Shown in pieces: positions 9,301 through 18,353 of a stretch of 64,000 nucleotides of DNA. Each line of letters opens with the position of its first letter. Within the stretch, counting starts at the first letter, position 1. A model generated the notes under the pieces. It saw only the letters and a list, made by a program, of their open reading frames with translations. It made no database searches and was not told the DNA's origin. Location of the stretch: positions 3,680,001-3,744,000 of the forward strand of contig CBDCXR010000004.1 in assembly GCA_965223845.1 (NCBI GenBank). The letters are read 5' to 3'. Position numbers and translations under genes: made by a program. The DNA comes from Planctomycetota bacterium. Its GTDB lineage: Bacteria; Planctomycetota; UBA8108; SXIK01.

Positions 9301-10129
9301 GCAGGTCGGTCTCGAGGACGCCGAGTCGATCGGCCATGCGGTCGCTTCAGCGAGTCTGCTGCGCTTGCTCGGCCGGATCCACGGTCGCGCCGGGCAGATC
9401 GACGAAGCAGTGAGCGTGCTCAAGCGAGCGGCCGCGCTCCATCGCGGGCACAATGATTGCCACGGAGCTCCGTTCACGCGTCTCGAGCTCGCGCGCGCTC
9501 ACCTCTTCGCGGAGGCGTTCGATCTCGCGAAGTCGCACGCCGACCAAGCTCTCGAGGTCGCGCAGAAGCACGGGCTCCGCTGGATCCTCGTTCGCCACGC
9601 GTCACTTTCGCTCGAAATCGAGCTCCGGCAGACCGGCCGCATCGCGCCCGACGGTTTCCACGACCTGAACTCACTTCTCGGAGATGCTCCGCCGGCGCGC
9701 GAGCGGATCGCCGCCGTTCTTCTTCGCGCACGCAGCGCACTCGGCGCCGGTGAAGGGATCGTCGCGCACGAGGCGATCGAATCGATCGAAACGGATCTCG
9801 AGAAGCACGGAACGTCGGAGCAAAAGATGCGCGCCGAATTCATCCGTGCCGCGGCCGACCTCCTCGGCGGCGACTACAACCGAACCGTGCCCCAGATCCG
9901 TCGTGTGAAGAAGCACGCGACGGACGCGGTTTTCCCGAGCATCGCGGACGATTGCGCGCAGCTGATTCTCGCCCTGCGGGAAGATCCTCAAGTGTCGCCG
10001 ACCGTTCTCGCGGCGAAGACGCGATCGAGCTCGATGAGCGGGGCGGCGTCGGGGAGTGCCGGGAGCGCCTCGAAGAAAACGAGCCGAATGTCGACGCGTC
10101 CCCCACTCGACGCGACGCGGCGAACCTAG
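6392..10129 (+). CDS. Ser/Thr protein kinase fused to AAA/STAND-type ATPase and TPR repeats
   Basis: LGQGGMGKVY, ALK, HNDLKPAN, DFG, GTPRYMSPE; Walker A GRAGVGKS; Walker B LILHLDD; helical TPR-like C-terminus; alternative TTG start at 6347. Confidence 0.9.
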   Translation: MTEGILNERFRITRELGQGGMGKVYLVEDQGRDGQLMALKTMLSKDVDETFLEAFRLEFAELAKLRHRNVAAAYDFGKIASTGEHFFTTEFIDGVDLMRGTRGVSFDLLLDVTAQLLKGLDFLHRSGLLHNDLKPANVLLGNGEERRGRGRGNLSRLESTVYGRAGEVKIIDFGLVSGMNLAWERPRGTPRYMSPERILCHPADGRADLYSLGCMLFLLAARQPPFQEKDTRELLKQHLHCPPPLLSAAQPSIPQGYAHFVARLLEKKPEDRFPDSAAALKSLEAAFGQSAPVEVRAARPEIEVGALFARGEELEKLEARLAEVFSLRGACRCVRVTGRAGVGKSRLVEEIKGKIQVRSGAFVEVAGSAVERHLGPLLDAVVAGLRMCGAEDVDASVEQAIGTLDTRRPGAEIADGLERLLLHHARQRPLILHLDDFQNASKTVRLFAVGLANAVLDLDRDTAADQSLPRLLLVVSRRSECDGADLELEGVDTISLSPFESDDARQFVCRAFGQDDIPTRVLDALVSASSGNARFLLELSRTLVENGHVSTTGTSWAFPDSLETVPLPRSIRDSMDHRIGLLGNDARSVLEWLGAASAPLGLVGLRHCTQFEERKIELVVDKLVQAGFVSAVDEDDTTFYEIAYPDLRAGLVDGVDEKRRAFLHQRLGQAAESIGAVLVRSPGERAEFLAHHWLASGNHPAFLRFAPEAAAHLHRGGNFAKAVAYHQRIAESLPDEAAAKKIQSFVKLSEMHEFLWKLEASEADLGVVLTLGKELLRPSDKHALRRRLLQLALGRNDLAVARKYLRAVKKGLTDDQPPLERLAIRAPEAWVRWLQGDSARAREGLEIARDLLAACAPTNPKEKGLAISGRNWIASLHHQWWDLEEAESLHRENLAALEGLDMAQAEASCLCSLGGVLLDQSRPGDAVEALESALATAKSIGDRRTLCRTRERLGEYHFLYGKLKTALQVTQVGLEDAESIGHAVASASLLRLLGRIHGRAGQIDEAVSVLKRAAALHRGHNDCHGAPFTRLELARAHLFAEAFDLAKSHADQALEVAQKHGLRWILVRHASLSLEIELRQTGRIAPDGFHDLNSLLGDAPPARERIAAVLLRARSALGAGEGIVAHEAIESIETDLEKHGTSEQKMRAEFIRAAADLLGGDYNRTVPQIRRVKKHATDAVFPSIADDCAQLILALREDPQVSPTVLAAKTRSSSMSGAASGSAGSASKKTSRMSTRPPLDATRRT

Positions 10130-10222
10130 AGCCCGAGGTTTGCCCGGGAGAGCGATGCGGCGGTGTACGAGCCCGCGCGGGGCCTGCACGCATCTAGAGA
10201 ATCGAACCCGTCCCCGGGATCG

Positions 10223-10855
10223 TCACTCCCCGATGAGGAAGGGGTTCGATCGTCGCTCGGCTCCGATCGTCGTCGGCGGTCCGTGCCCCGCGTAAACGCG
10301 GGTTTCGTCCGGGTAGACGAGGAGGCGCTCGCGAATCGATCGCATCAGCGTCGGTCCGTCTCCACCCGGGAGATCCGTCCGTCCGATGGAACCGGCGAAG
10401 AGAGTATCGCCGACGATCAACACGCCGCCGATATCGAAGCTGACTCCTCCCGGCGAGTGGCCCGGCGTTTCGAACACGCGAATCTCGATCGGTTCTTTGC
10501 CGAACGAGAACACATCGCCCTCGGTGAGAGGCGCGTCGACCGCCGGAACCGGCGGCGGGGAGACGCCGAACATCGCCGCCTGCAGGGGAAGCTGCTCGAG
10601 GAGCTCATTTTCGCGCTCGTGGAGGTGGAACGGGGCGCCGGTGGCGTCTTTGATCGCCGCGACCGCTCCGACGTGATCGAGATGCGCGTGGGTGTTGAGG
10701 ATCCAACGAACGTTCCAGCCGCGATTCGAAATCATCTCGAGGAGACGCGGTGCCTCGTCACCAGGGTCGATGGCGACCGCCTCGTTCGACGCTTCGTCGA
10801 CGACGAAGTAGCTGTTTTCGGCGAAGAGTCCGACGGTCTCGCTGATGATTTCCAT
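10223..10855 (-). CDS. MBL-fold metallo-hydrolase (glyoxalase II-like)
   Basis: THAHLDHVGA, TPGHSPG, GDTLFAGSIGRTDLPGG, GHG. Confidence 0.92.
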   Translation of the reverse strand: MEIISETVGLFAENSYFVVDEASNEAVAIDPGDEAPRLLEMISNRGWNVRWILNTHAHLDHVGAVAAIKDATGAPFHLHERENELLEQLPLQAAMFGVSPPPVPAVDAPLTEGDVFSFGKEPIEIRVFETPGHSPGGVSFDIGGVLIVGDTLFAGSIGRTDLPGGDGPTLMRSIRERLLVYPDETRVYAGHGPPTTIGAERRSNPFLIGE

Positions 10856-11066
10856 CGCAGTTCACTCACAAGTTGACTCGATCCCCGCCGGACCACACGG
10901 CGACGCGGGCGCGTGGGGGTCGAGCGCCGCGCTGGGTCTGCATTCAGAATGATCGTCATTGTCAGGATGCGACGCGCGCGGTACAACGGCCGACTCGATG
11001 TTCCTCGCGTGGAGTTCGATCGTCTCCGCGTGGGAGCGAACGAAAGGAACGCGAGGAGAGAGCGCC

Positions 11067-12671
11067 GTGGACGAGCCCGCACGCAAGAAGAGTCGACTCC
11101 ACTGGTGGATTCTCCTCGGGATGGTATCGGGCGCGGCTCTCGGCTCGGCGGTGTACTTCGTCGAGCGACCTAGCGCGGAGCGCGCCGTTCTCCGCGATGC
11201 TCTCCTCGAGCGGCAGGCCGTCGACGATCTGCGCGCCGCGCGAGGCCTGCCGCAGAACGCAGAGTTCGTCCCCGACGCCGACGAGCTCGCCGCCAAGATC
11301 GCGGAGATCGACGCGGCGGAGCGCGCCGCGGTTCTCGAACGAGCACGCGGCCTCCTCGGTCCGAATGCGACCGAGGACGAACTCGCCGCGCAGGCCGACG
11401 ATCTCCGCGCCGACGCTCTCGACGCCGTCGCACCCGCTCTCCGCGACGAAATCCTCGGCGCGGAATCCGGTGCATTCGATGCGCAGCTGCGGGCGTCGGT
11501 CGAGACGACCGCCCCCTACCGAGCGTTTCACGGGCTCGCGCGAATTTTCCTCAATCTCCTCAAAATGATCGTGATCCCGCTCGTTTTCTTCTCCCTCACG
11601 AGCGGCATCCTCGGCATGGGCGATACCGGACGACTCGGACGCATCGGGATCAAGACCTTCCTTCTCTACACGTTCACGAGTTTCGTTGCCATTCTGACGG
11701 GCCTCGCCGTCGTCAACGTGATTCAGCCGGGCGCCGGGCTCGCCGTCCCCCTTCCGCCCGAAGCGACGAAAGGTGCGCACGAGGTCCCCGATTCGTTTTG
11801 GGATGTCCTCGTGAACATGGTGCCCCCGAACGTGTTCGCCTCGGCATCGAATTTCGACCTGCTCGGCGTCATCGTCTTCACGATCTTCTTCGGCGCGGTG
11901 CTCCTCTCCATCGGCCCCGAGCAGCGCGCTCCGCTGACGAGCGTGGTCGAGGTCGGCGCCGAGGTGATGACTCGAATGACGAAGGCGATCCTCGCGCTCG
12001 CGCCCGTCGGCATCGGAGCGCTGATCGCCCGCCTCATCTCGACGACCGGCCCCGGGGTGTTCCTCGAGATGATCTGGTACATCGTGACGGTCCTCACCGC
12101 GCTCGGAATTCACGTCTTCGTCACGCTTCCGCTTCTCATCCTCCTCGTCACGAGGAGGAACCCCTACCGCTATCTCCGAACGATGAGTCCCGCGATTCTC
12201 ACCGCATTCTCGACGGCGAGCTCGAGCGGGACACTCGGCGTGACGATGGAGCGTGCCGAAAAAGGCGCGGGGATTTCGAACCGCGTCGCGAGCTTCGTCC
12301 TTCCGCTCGGGGCGACCATCAACATGGACGGCACTGCACTCTACGAAATCGTGAGTGTTCTCTTCATCGCGCAGATTCACGAGGGGGTCGATCCAGGCTT
12401 CGTGCTCACGTTTCAGCAGCAGCTCCTGATCGTTTTCCTCGGACTCACCGTGAGCGTCGGCGCCGCCGGGATCCCACACGCGGGCCTAGTGATGATGGTG
12501 ATCATCCTGAATGCGGTCGGACTTCCGGTCGAGTACACGGCGGTGATCTGGAGCGTCGACCGCGTCCTCGACATGTGCCGGACCGCGACTAACGTCGCGA
12601 GCGACTCGTCGATCGCTCTCGTCATCGCACACACGGAAGACGAAGTCGCCGACCCGCCGTCGGCCGCATAG
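11067..12671 (+). CDS. Dicarboxylate/amino acid:cation symporter (DAACS, GltP/SstT family)
   Basis: FLNLLKMIVIPLVF, AFSTASSSGTL, GATINMDGTALY, DRVLDMCRTATNV; GTG start with GAGGAG RBS. Confidence 0.92.
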   Translation: MDEPARKKSRLHWWILLGMVSGAALGSAVYFVERPSAERAVLRDALLERQAVDDLRAARGLPQNAEFVPDADELAAKIAEIDAAERAAVLERARGLLGPNATEDELAAQADDLRADALDAVAPALRDEILGAESGAFDAQLRASVETTAPYRAFHGLARIFLNLLKMIVIPLVFFSLTSGILGMGDTGRLGRIGIKTFLLYTFTSFVAILTGLAVVNVIQPGAGLAVPLPPEATKGAHEVPDSFWDVLVNMVPPNVFASASNFDLLGVIVFTIFFGAVLLSIGPEQRAPLTSVVEVGAEVMTRMTKAILALAPVGIGALIARLISTTGPGVFLEMIWYIVTVLTALGIHVFVTLPLLILLVTRRNPYRYLRTMSPAILTAFSTASSSGTLGVTMERAEKGAGISNRVASFVLPLGATINMDGTALYEIVSVLFIAQIHEGVDPGFVLTFQQQLLIVFLGLTVSVGAAGIPHAGLVMMVIILNAVGLPVEYTAVIWSVDRVLDMCRTATNVASDSSIALVIAHTEDEVADPPSAA

Positions 12672-12700
12672 TCCGGCGCGGATGAGCTTCCGAGAGCCGC

Positions 12701-13711
12701 TCAGTCTCCGAGGTGCGCCTTCACGTGACTCGCGATGCGTTCGCCGTGCTCGCGGCTGTTCTCGATGAAGATGCTCCCCGTATCGCGACCGCCGATGACC
12801 ACTCCCGCGCAGTAGAGCCCGGGAACGTTCGTCTCCATCGTCTCGGGGTCGAGCCGCGGCCGACTCTCCGCCCCCACGAGCTCGACCCCCGCCCGCTCGA
12901 GGAGCCCGAAGTCCGCGTGGTAGCCGGTGAGGGCGAGGACGAAATCATTCTCGATCGCGAATGCGCGTCCGCTCGACTCGAGATGGACTCGCTCCTCCTC
13001 GATGCGGACGACGCGCGTCTCGAAGTGAGCGCGGATGCTCCCCTCGCGGATGCGGTTGTCGATATCCGGTCGAACCCAGTACTTGATCCCGCGCTTCAGC
13101 TCGGTGCCTCGATGAACGAGCGTCACGTCCGCCGCCCCGTTCCGGTAGAGCTCGAGGGCGGCTTCGACCGCCGAGTTGCCGCCGCCGATGACGAGGACTC
13201 GCTGACCGTAGTACGGTAGCGGCCCGCGGTAGTAGTGAGTGACCTTCGGAAGCTCTTCCCCTTCTACGTGCAAACGATTGGGGAAGTCGAAGAATCCGGT
13301 CGCGAGAACGACGCTCCGCACGCGGTAGCGCGACTTCGTCGTCACGACGACGAACCTTGCGGCATCGGGATCGTCTCCGGCCGAAGGAGGGGCGCGCTCG
13401 ATCGCGTTGACCTTTTCGTAGAGGCGCATGGGGAGCGCGTGGTGCTCCGCGACTCGCCGGTAGTAGCGGATGAGCTCGGGACCGGTCGGCTTCGCCCCCG
13501 AGCAGACGAGCGGCACGTCCGCGATTTCGAGGAGTTCGGGAGTCGAGAACCAAACGAGATTCGGCGGGTAGTGACAGAGGGCGTCCGCGACCGTGCCCTT
13601 GTCGATCAGCAGCGTGGACAGTCCGGCGCGTTGGGCCGCGACTCCGCACGAGATTCCGATCGGGCCGGCGCCGACGACGAGGAGATCGATGGGTTCGCGA
13701 ATGGTGTTCAT
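12701..13711 (-). CDS. ypdA: YpdA family putative bacillithiol disulfide reductase (FAD/NADPH)
   Basis: GAGPIG, FSTPELLEI, GGGNSAVEAALE, IKYWVRPDIDNRI, FIENSREHG. Confidence 0.85.
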   Translation of the reverse strand: MNTIREPIDLLVVGAGPIGISCGVAAQRAGLSTLLIDKGTVADALCHYPPNLVWFSTPELLEIADVPLVCSGAKPTGPELIRYYRRVAEHHALPMRLYEKVNAIERAPPSAGDDPDAARFVVVTTKSRYRVRSVVLATGFFDFPNRLHVEGEELPKVTHYYRGPLPYYGQRVLVIGGGNSAVEAALELYRNGAADVTLVHRGTELKRGIKYWVRPDIDNRIREGSIRAHFETRVVRIEEERVHLESSGRAFAIENDFVLALTGYHADFGLLERAGVELVGAESRPRLDPETMETNVPGLYCAGVVIGGRDTGSIFIENSREHGERIASHVKAHLGD

Positions 13712-13926
13712 CTCGCTACAGACGGTCGCAGGCCGCTCGAGAGGTGGGGAGTTTCGTGCGAACGCTCGCGCGAATCCGGGGCACAAGGATAGCAAGTTCC
13801 CGCCGCGAATCGACGCGAAAGCACGCTCGCGCGCAGACGGCGTCGCACCCGGACGCAGTAGAATTTGGGGCCAAGTTCGCTAAACTATCCGCCCTTTCCG
13901 AGGGCCCGGTTGAGATTTGAGCGAGT

Positions 13927-14712
13927 ATGGACAAAGGAACGGTTTCGAACTGCATCTCCGCCGCGATACTCGGCCTGTCGTTCTTCCTCCCGGAAGGGGC
14001 GGCCCGCGCCGTCATTCTCTCCGCCGGTCTCTTCGCCCTCAGCGGCGGAGTGACCAACTGGCTCGCGGTGAAGATGCTCTTCGATCGCATCCCGGGCCTC
14101 GTCGGAAGCGGGATCATCCCCGCCCGTTTTCGCGAAATCCGCGCGGAGATCAAGGATCTCATCGTCACTCACTTCTTCAGTGAAAAGGATCTCCGAGAGT
14201 TCTTCGAGACGAACGCGAAGGACGTCGAGTGGAGCCGCTACCTCAAGAAGCGAGAAGGCGCGAACCCAGCCGCCGATCTCGTCATGGAACAGTGGCAGAA
14301 GCTGACCTCCGCCGACGTGATGCAGCCACTCATCGATGCCCAGATCGACAAGCTGACGCAGTCTTCGATCGGCGGGATGCTTCTCATGGTAGGACTCGAC
14401 AACGTTCGCCCCGCGGTGAATCAGTTCGTGACGTCCTTCGTCGGATCGATGCAGGAAAAGGTCGTCGCGGCGGCGAAGGACGTCGGCGGAAAGACCCTGC
14501 CGCTCGAACTCGATCACGACCGCATAATCGCGGACCTGCAAGTGCAGGTCGAGCCGCTGCTCGAGCAGAAGCTCCAGCAACTTCACGCCGAAGACGTGAA
14601 GAAGATGATGGAGGATGTGATGCGGAAGCACCTCGGCTGGCTCATCGTGTGGGGAAACGTCTTCGGCGGATTGATCGGCGTCGCGGCGCACTTCCTTCAG
14701 CGAGCGGCGTGA
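13927..14712 (+). CDS. DUF445 family membrane protein
   Basis: GLFALSGGVTNWLAVKMLFDRIPGLVGSGIIP and HLGWLIVWGNVFGGLIG. Confidence 0.8.
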   Translation: MDKGTVSNCISAAILGLSFFLPEGAARAVILSAGLFALSGGVTNWLAVKMLFDRIPGLVGSGIIPARFREIRAEIKDLIVTHFFSEKDLREFFETNAKDVEWSRYLKKREGANPAADLVMEQWQKLTSADVMQPLIDAQIDKLTQSSIGGMLLMVGLDNVRPAVNQFVTSFVGSMQEKVVAAAKDVGGKTLPLELDHDRIIADLQVQVEPLLEQKLQQLHAEDVKKMMEDVMRKHLGWLIVWGNVFGGLIGVAAHFLQRAA

Positions 14713-14748
14713 AGAGCCTGAGGTGGCGAGCAGGACGCGGAGGCCAGG

Positions 14749-15582
14749 GTGGAACAGTTCTCGATTGCCGTGGGCCAGTGGGCCGTCGATGACGATGTAT
14801 CGGTGAATCTCCGCCGCGCGGCTGCCTTTCTCCGAACCGCAGCGGATCGCGGTGCGCAGCTTTGCGTCCTGCCGGAGATGTTTCAAACGCCGTACGAAAT
14901 GGCGCGTATCGCACGTTCCGCCGAGCCGGCGAGCGGGCGGAGCATCACCCACGTTCGTGAGCTCGCGCGTGAGCTCGGTCTCTTCGTCGTCGCCGGATCG
15001 ATCGCCGAAGAGAGCGTCGATGCGGGAGAGCGCAAGCTCTACAACACCGCGTTCGTCATCGACGACCGTGGCGAGATCTTGGGGCACCATCGGAAGATCC
15101 ATCTCTTCGACGTCGATCTCGCGAGCGTGAAGGTGAAGGAATCCTCCGTCCTCTCTCCCGGTCGATCGCCGCTCGTCGTCGAGCTACCGTTCGCGCGACT
15201 CGGCGTCGCCGTCTGTTACGACGCGCGCTTCCCCGAGGTGTTCGCGCACTTCGAGCGCCGCGGTGTCGAGGTCGCAGCGATCCCCGCGGCGTTCTCGGAG
15301 ACGACCGGCGCCGCGCATTGGCATGTTCTCCTGCGCTCACGGGCGATCGACTACCAGATTTTCCTCGCCGCCGCCTGCCCCGCGCCGCAGGCCGGCGCCG
15401 CGTACGTCGCATACGGTCATTCGCTCGTCGCCGGTCCGTGGGGAAACGTCTTGGCGGAGGCCGGCGTCGGCGAGGAGACGATCACCGCGGTACTCGACCC
15501 CGAAGAGCTCGCCCGAGTCCGACGCGAGCTCCCGCTCCGGCGCCATCGACGCCGGGACCTCTACGCGAAGTGGAGCGACTAG
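14749..15582 (+). CDS. Carbon-nitrogen hydrolase (nitrilase/omega-amidase family)
   Basis: Catalytic triad motifs LPEMF, HRKIHLFD, VCYDARFPE. Confidence 0.92.
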   Translation: MEQFSIAVGQWAVDDDVSVNLRRAAAFLRTAADRGAQLCVLPEMFQTPYEMARIARSAEPASGRSITHVRELARELGLFVVAGSIAEESVDAGERKLYNTAFVIDDRGEILGHHRKIHLFDVDLASVKVKESSVLSPGRSPLVVELPFARLGVAVCYDARFPEVFAHFERRGVEVAAIPAAFSETTGAAHWHVLLRSRAIDYQIFLAAACPAPQAGAAYVAYGHSLVAGPWGNVLAEAGVGEETITAVLDPEELARVRRELPLRRHRRRDLYAKWSD

Positions 15583-15840
15583 GGCGCGCGAGAGAGATTC
15601 GCGCATCGGCTCATCACCCGAACTTCACGCAAGGAGCTGGAGTCCACGGCCCGCCGAGAGAGATCGTCGCGGAGATCGGGTTGACTCGCCGCGCGCTTTT
15701 CGCGATGAAGGCACTCTTTCGTGCTCCGTGCGAACGCGTCGCTCGCGAACCTCGCGCGACCCCGTGGCGGACGGGTGGTGTCCGCAGCATCTTCCTCACC
15801 GTCGCCGATATCGCGGAAGAAACTCCGAGGAGCTGCCGCC

Positions 15841-17232
15841 GTGGCGCCCGAACGATTCGAACGAGCCGACGCCCTCCGCGAGAACCTTCAGGCTCTCTTC
15901 GGCCTCGGTACGCCCTCGCCCGAGGATCTAAGCGCGATCCTCGCCAAAGTCGTACCCGAGGACGTCGCGGCGATCCTCGAGGACTTTCCGACCGACGACA
16001 AGATCCGAATCTTTCGCGCGCTTCCGACTGACGAATCCCGCGGCGTCGTCATCGAGGAGACCGATCAGGAGAGTCACGACCAGCTCCTGGAAGAAATATC
16101 GAGCCGCGAGCGCATCGCAGTGCTCGGCGAAATGCCCGTCGACGATCTCGTCGACCATCTCGAGGAAATCCCGGCGGAGGAGCGGGCGCAGGTGCTCGCG
16201 AACCTCGAGCCCGAGGAAGCCCGTGACGTCGAAGAGTTGGCGCAGTTCGCTCCCGATTCGGCCGGCGGATTGATGACGACGGAGTTTCTCGCCGTGGCGT
16301 CGACGTCGACCAGCCAGGAAGCACTCCAGCAGGTCCAGGGCAACCTCGACGCCGAGACGATTTCTTATGTGTACGCGATCGAGGGCGACCAGGCTCTCCA
16401 AGGCGTGGTGTCCATCCGCGACCTCCTCCGTGCGAAGCCACGCACTCCGATCGCGGACTACATGGTGACGGATCTGATCACCGTCGATCTCGACACCGAC
16501 CAGGAAGAGGTCGCACGCGTCGCGAACACGTACAACCTGCACGTCGTTCCGGTGGTCGACGGCAACCGGCGCCTCCGCGGGATCGTCACCGCCGACGATA
16601 TCCTCGATGCCGTCGAGGAGGAGCACTCCGAAGACATGCTCCGAATGGCCGGTACGGTCGCGGTTCACCCGTATCACGAGTCGATCGTCGCCGGCGCGCT
16701 CAAGCGCCTGCCGTTTCTGTTCGTGACGATGACGGGTGGCGTGACGGTCATGGGCCTCGTCCATTTCTTCGAGGGACGACTTCCGGAGCGCGTCGCGCTC
16801 TGGGCGGTCGCGGCGCTCCCCCTCGTGTGCGCGCTCGCAGGGAACGTAGCGATCGTCGCGTCGACGGTGATGGTTCGCGGCCTCGCGACCGGAGAGATCA
16901 ATCAACTGCGAGCGTGGAAAGCGCTCAGCCAGGAAACTTCGATCGGACTCGTGGTCGGAATCGTGCTCGCCGGAGCGGCCGCTACGGCGGTGCTGCTTCT
17001 TCCGATGAGCTCGCTCGCCGTCGGCGCGAATAGCTCTCGGATGTTTCTGTCCGTCGCGCTCGGTCTACTTTGCTCGATTCTTTGGGCCTCGTTCGTCGGG
17101 GCCATGGTTCCCGTCTTGTGCCGAATGAGCGGGCGCATCGACCCCGCGATCGCCTCGGGCCCGTTCGTCACTATGCTGTGCGATCTCTCCGCGTCGTTTA
17201 TCTTCCTGTGGCTCGTGATTCAGATGAACTGA
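15841..17232 (+). CDS. mgtE: Magnesium transporter MgtE
   Basis: MgtE N-domain, SAGGLMTTEF, CBS pair, AGNVAI, IDPAIASGPFVTMLCD; GTG start with GAGGAG RBS. Confidence 0.9.
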   Translation: MAPERFERADALRENLQALFGLGTPSPEDLSAILAKVVPEDVAAILEDFPTDDKIRIFRALPTDESRGVVIEETDQESHDQLLEEISSRERIAVLGEMPVDDLVDHLEEIPAEERAQVLANLEPEEARDVEELAQFAPDSAGGLMTTEFLAVASTSTSQEALQQVQGNLDAETISYVYAIEGDQALQGVVSIRDLLRAKPRTPIADYMVTDLITVDLDTDQEEVARVANTYNLHVVPVVDGNRRLRGIVTADDILDAVEEEHSEDMLRMAGTVAVHPYHESIVAGALKRLPFLFVTMTGGVTVMGLVHFFEGRLPERVALWAVAALPLVCALAGNVAIVASTVMVRGLATGEINQLRAWKALSQETSIGLVVGIVLAGAAATAVLLLPMSSLAVGANSSRMFLSVALGLLCSILWASFVGAMVPVLCRMSGRIDPAIASGPFVTMLCDLSASFIFLWLVIQMN

Positions 17233-17239
17233 AGGTCCG

Positions 17240-18181
17240 ATGACGAACGATCGGAGCGACGTCGAGCGTCCGCCGATCGTCGGCGTCGACATCGGCGGTA
17301 CGAACGTGCGGGCGGGAGTCTTCCACTCGGACGGGCGCCTTCTCGGCTCGCTCGAGAGCCGCCCGACGCAGGCCGACCGCGCGGCGGAGACGACGTTTAC
17401 GGCCATCGCGCTCGCGATCGAGCGCGCCATGAAAGGCGCGCGCGATCTCACGGACGTCCCGATCGGCGGCATCGGAATCGGCAGCACCGGCCCGCTCGAC
17501 CCCGTTCGCGGCATCTACCACGAGCCGGAGACGCTGCCGTCGATGTTCGGATTCCCGCTCGTGCCTCGTCTCAGCGAGCGATTCGCTCTCCCGGTACGGA
17601 TCACGAACGACGGCAACGCCTTCGCCCTCGCAGAGGCGACGTTCGGCGCGGCGCGCGGAGCGTCTACGGTCGTCGGCATCACGCTCGGAACCGGCTGCGG
17701 GTGCGGGATCGTCGTCGACGGTCGCATCCACGAAGGCGCGACGGCGAACGCCGGAGAGCTCTTTCGCGCCCCCCTCCGCGGTCGCAATTTCGACGAATGG
17801 CTCTCGGGGCGCGGGCTCGAGCTCACGTTTGATCGGGAGCGCGGACTCGCCGCACCGGAAATCAGCCGTCGAGCGCGCGACGGCGACCGCGCCGCGCTCG
17901 CGGCGTTCGAGCGCTTCGGAGAAGTCGTGGGCGAAGGGCTCGGGATCGTCGCCGCCGTCGTCGACCCGAACGTCTTCGTCCTCGGCGGCTCGGTGAGTAC
18001 CGCAATCGACCACTTCCGCCCGAGCATGGAGCGCCGCTTTCGCGACTGCGTCGCCACCGCCGTCGCCGAGTCGGTCCGCTTCGCCGCTTCCCAGCTCGGC
18101 GAGGAGTCGGGCGCTCTCGGAGGCGCCGCGCTCTTCGCCCTCGACGGCAGCGCCCGAACAGAGCACGAAGCAGACGAATGA
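17240..18181 (+). CDS. ROK family sugar kinase (glucokinase-like)
   Basis: VDIGGTN, NDGNAFALAE, TLGTGCGCG, AGE. Confidence 0.9.
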   Translation: MTNDRSDVERPPIVGVDIGGTNVRAGVFHSDGRLLGSLESRPTQADRAAETTFTAIALAIERAMKGARDLTDVPIGGIGIGSTGPLDPVRGIYHEPETLPSMFGFPLVPRLSERFALPVRITNDGNAFALAEATFGAARGASTVVGITLGTGCGCGIVVDGRIHEGATANAGELFRAPLRGRNFDEWLSGRGLELTFDRERGLAAPEISRRARDGDRAALAAFERFGEVVGEGLGIVAAVVDPNVFVLGGSVSTAIDHFRPSMERRFRDCVATAVAESVRFAASQLGEESGALGGAALFALDGSARTEHEADE

Positions 18182-18353
18182 GCACTCGAGACCGTTCGGA
18201 TGTACGCGCAGCATCGCCGGCGCGGTTTGAGTATCTTGATGGCGACCGGCGTTGGTCTCTCGCCCGCCATCCGGACGCGAGTGGACGAGCACTGATCGGA
18301 GCCGACGTCGAGGCAAGGTGAGATCCGACCCGAAACCGGGAGCCCGGCCGTCC

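Noticed and set aside
15583-15840. Possible M-box riboswitch upstream of mgtE
   Set aside because: No conserved ykoK motifs recognised
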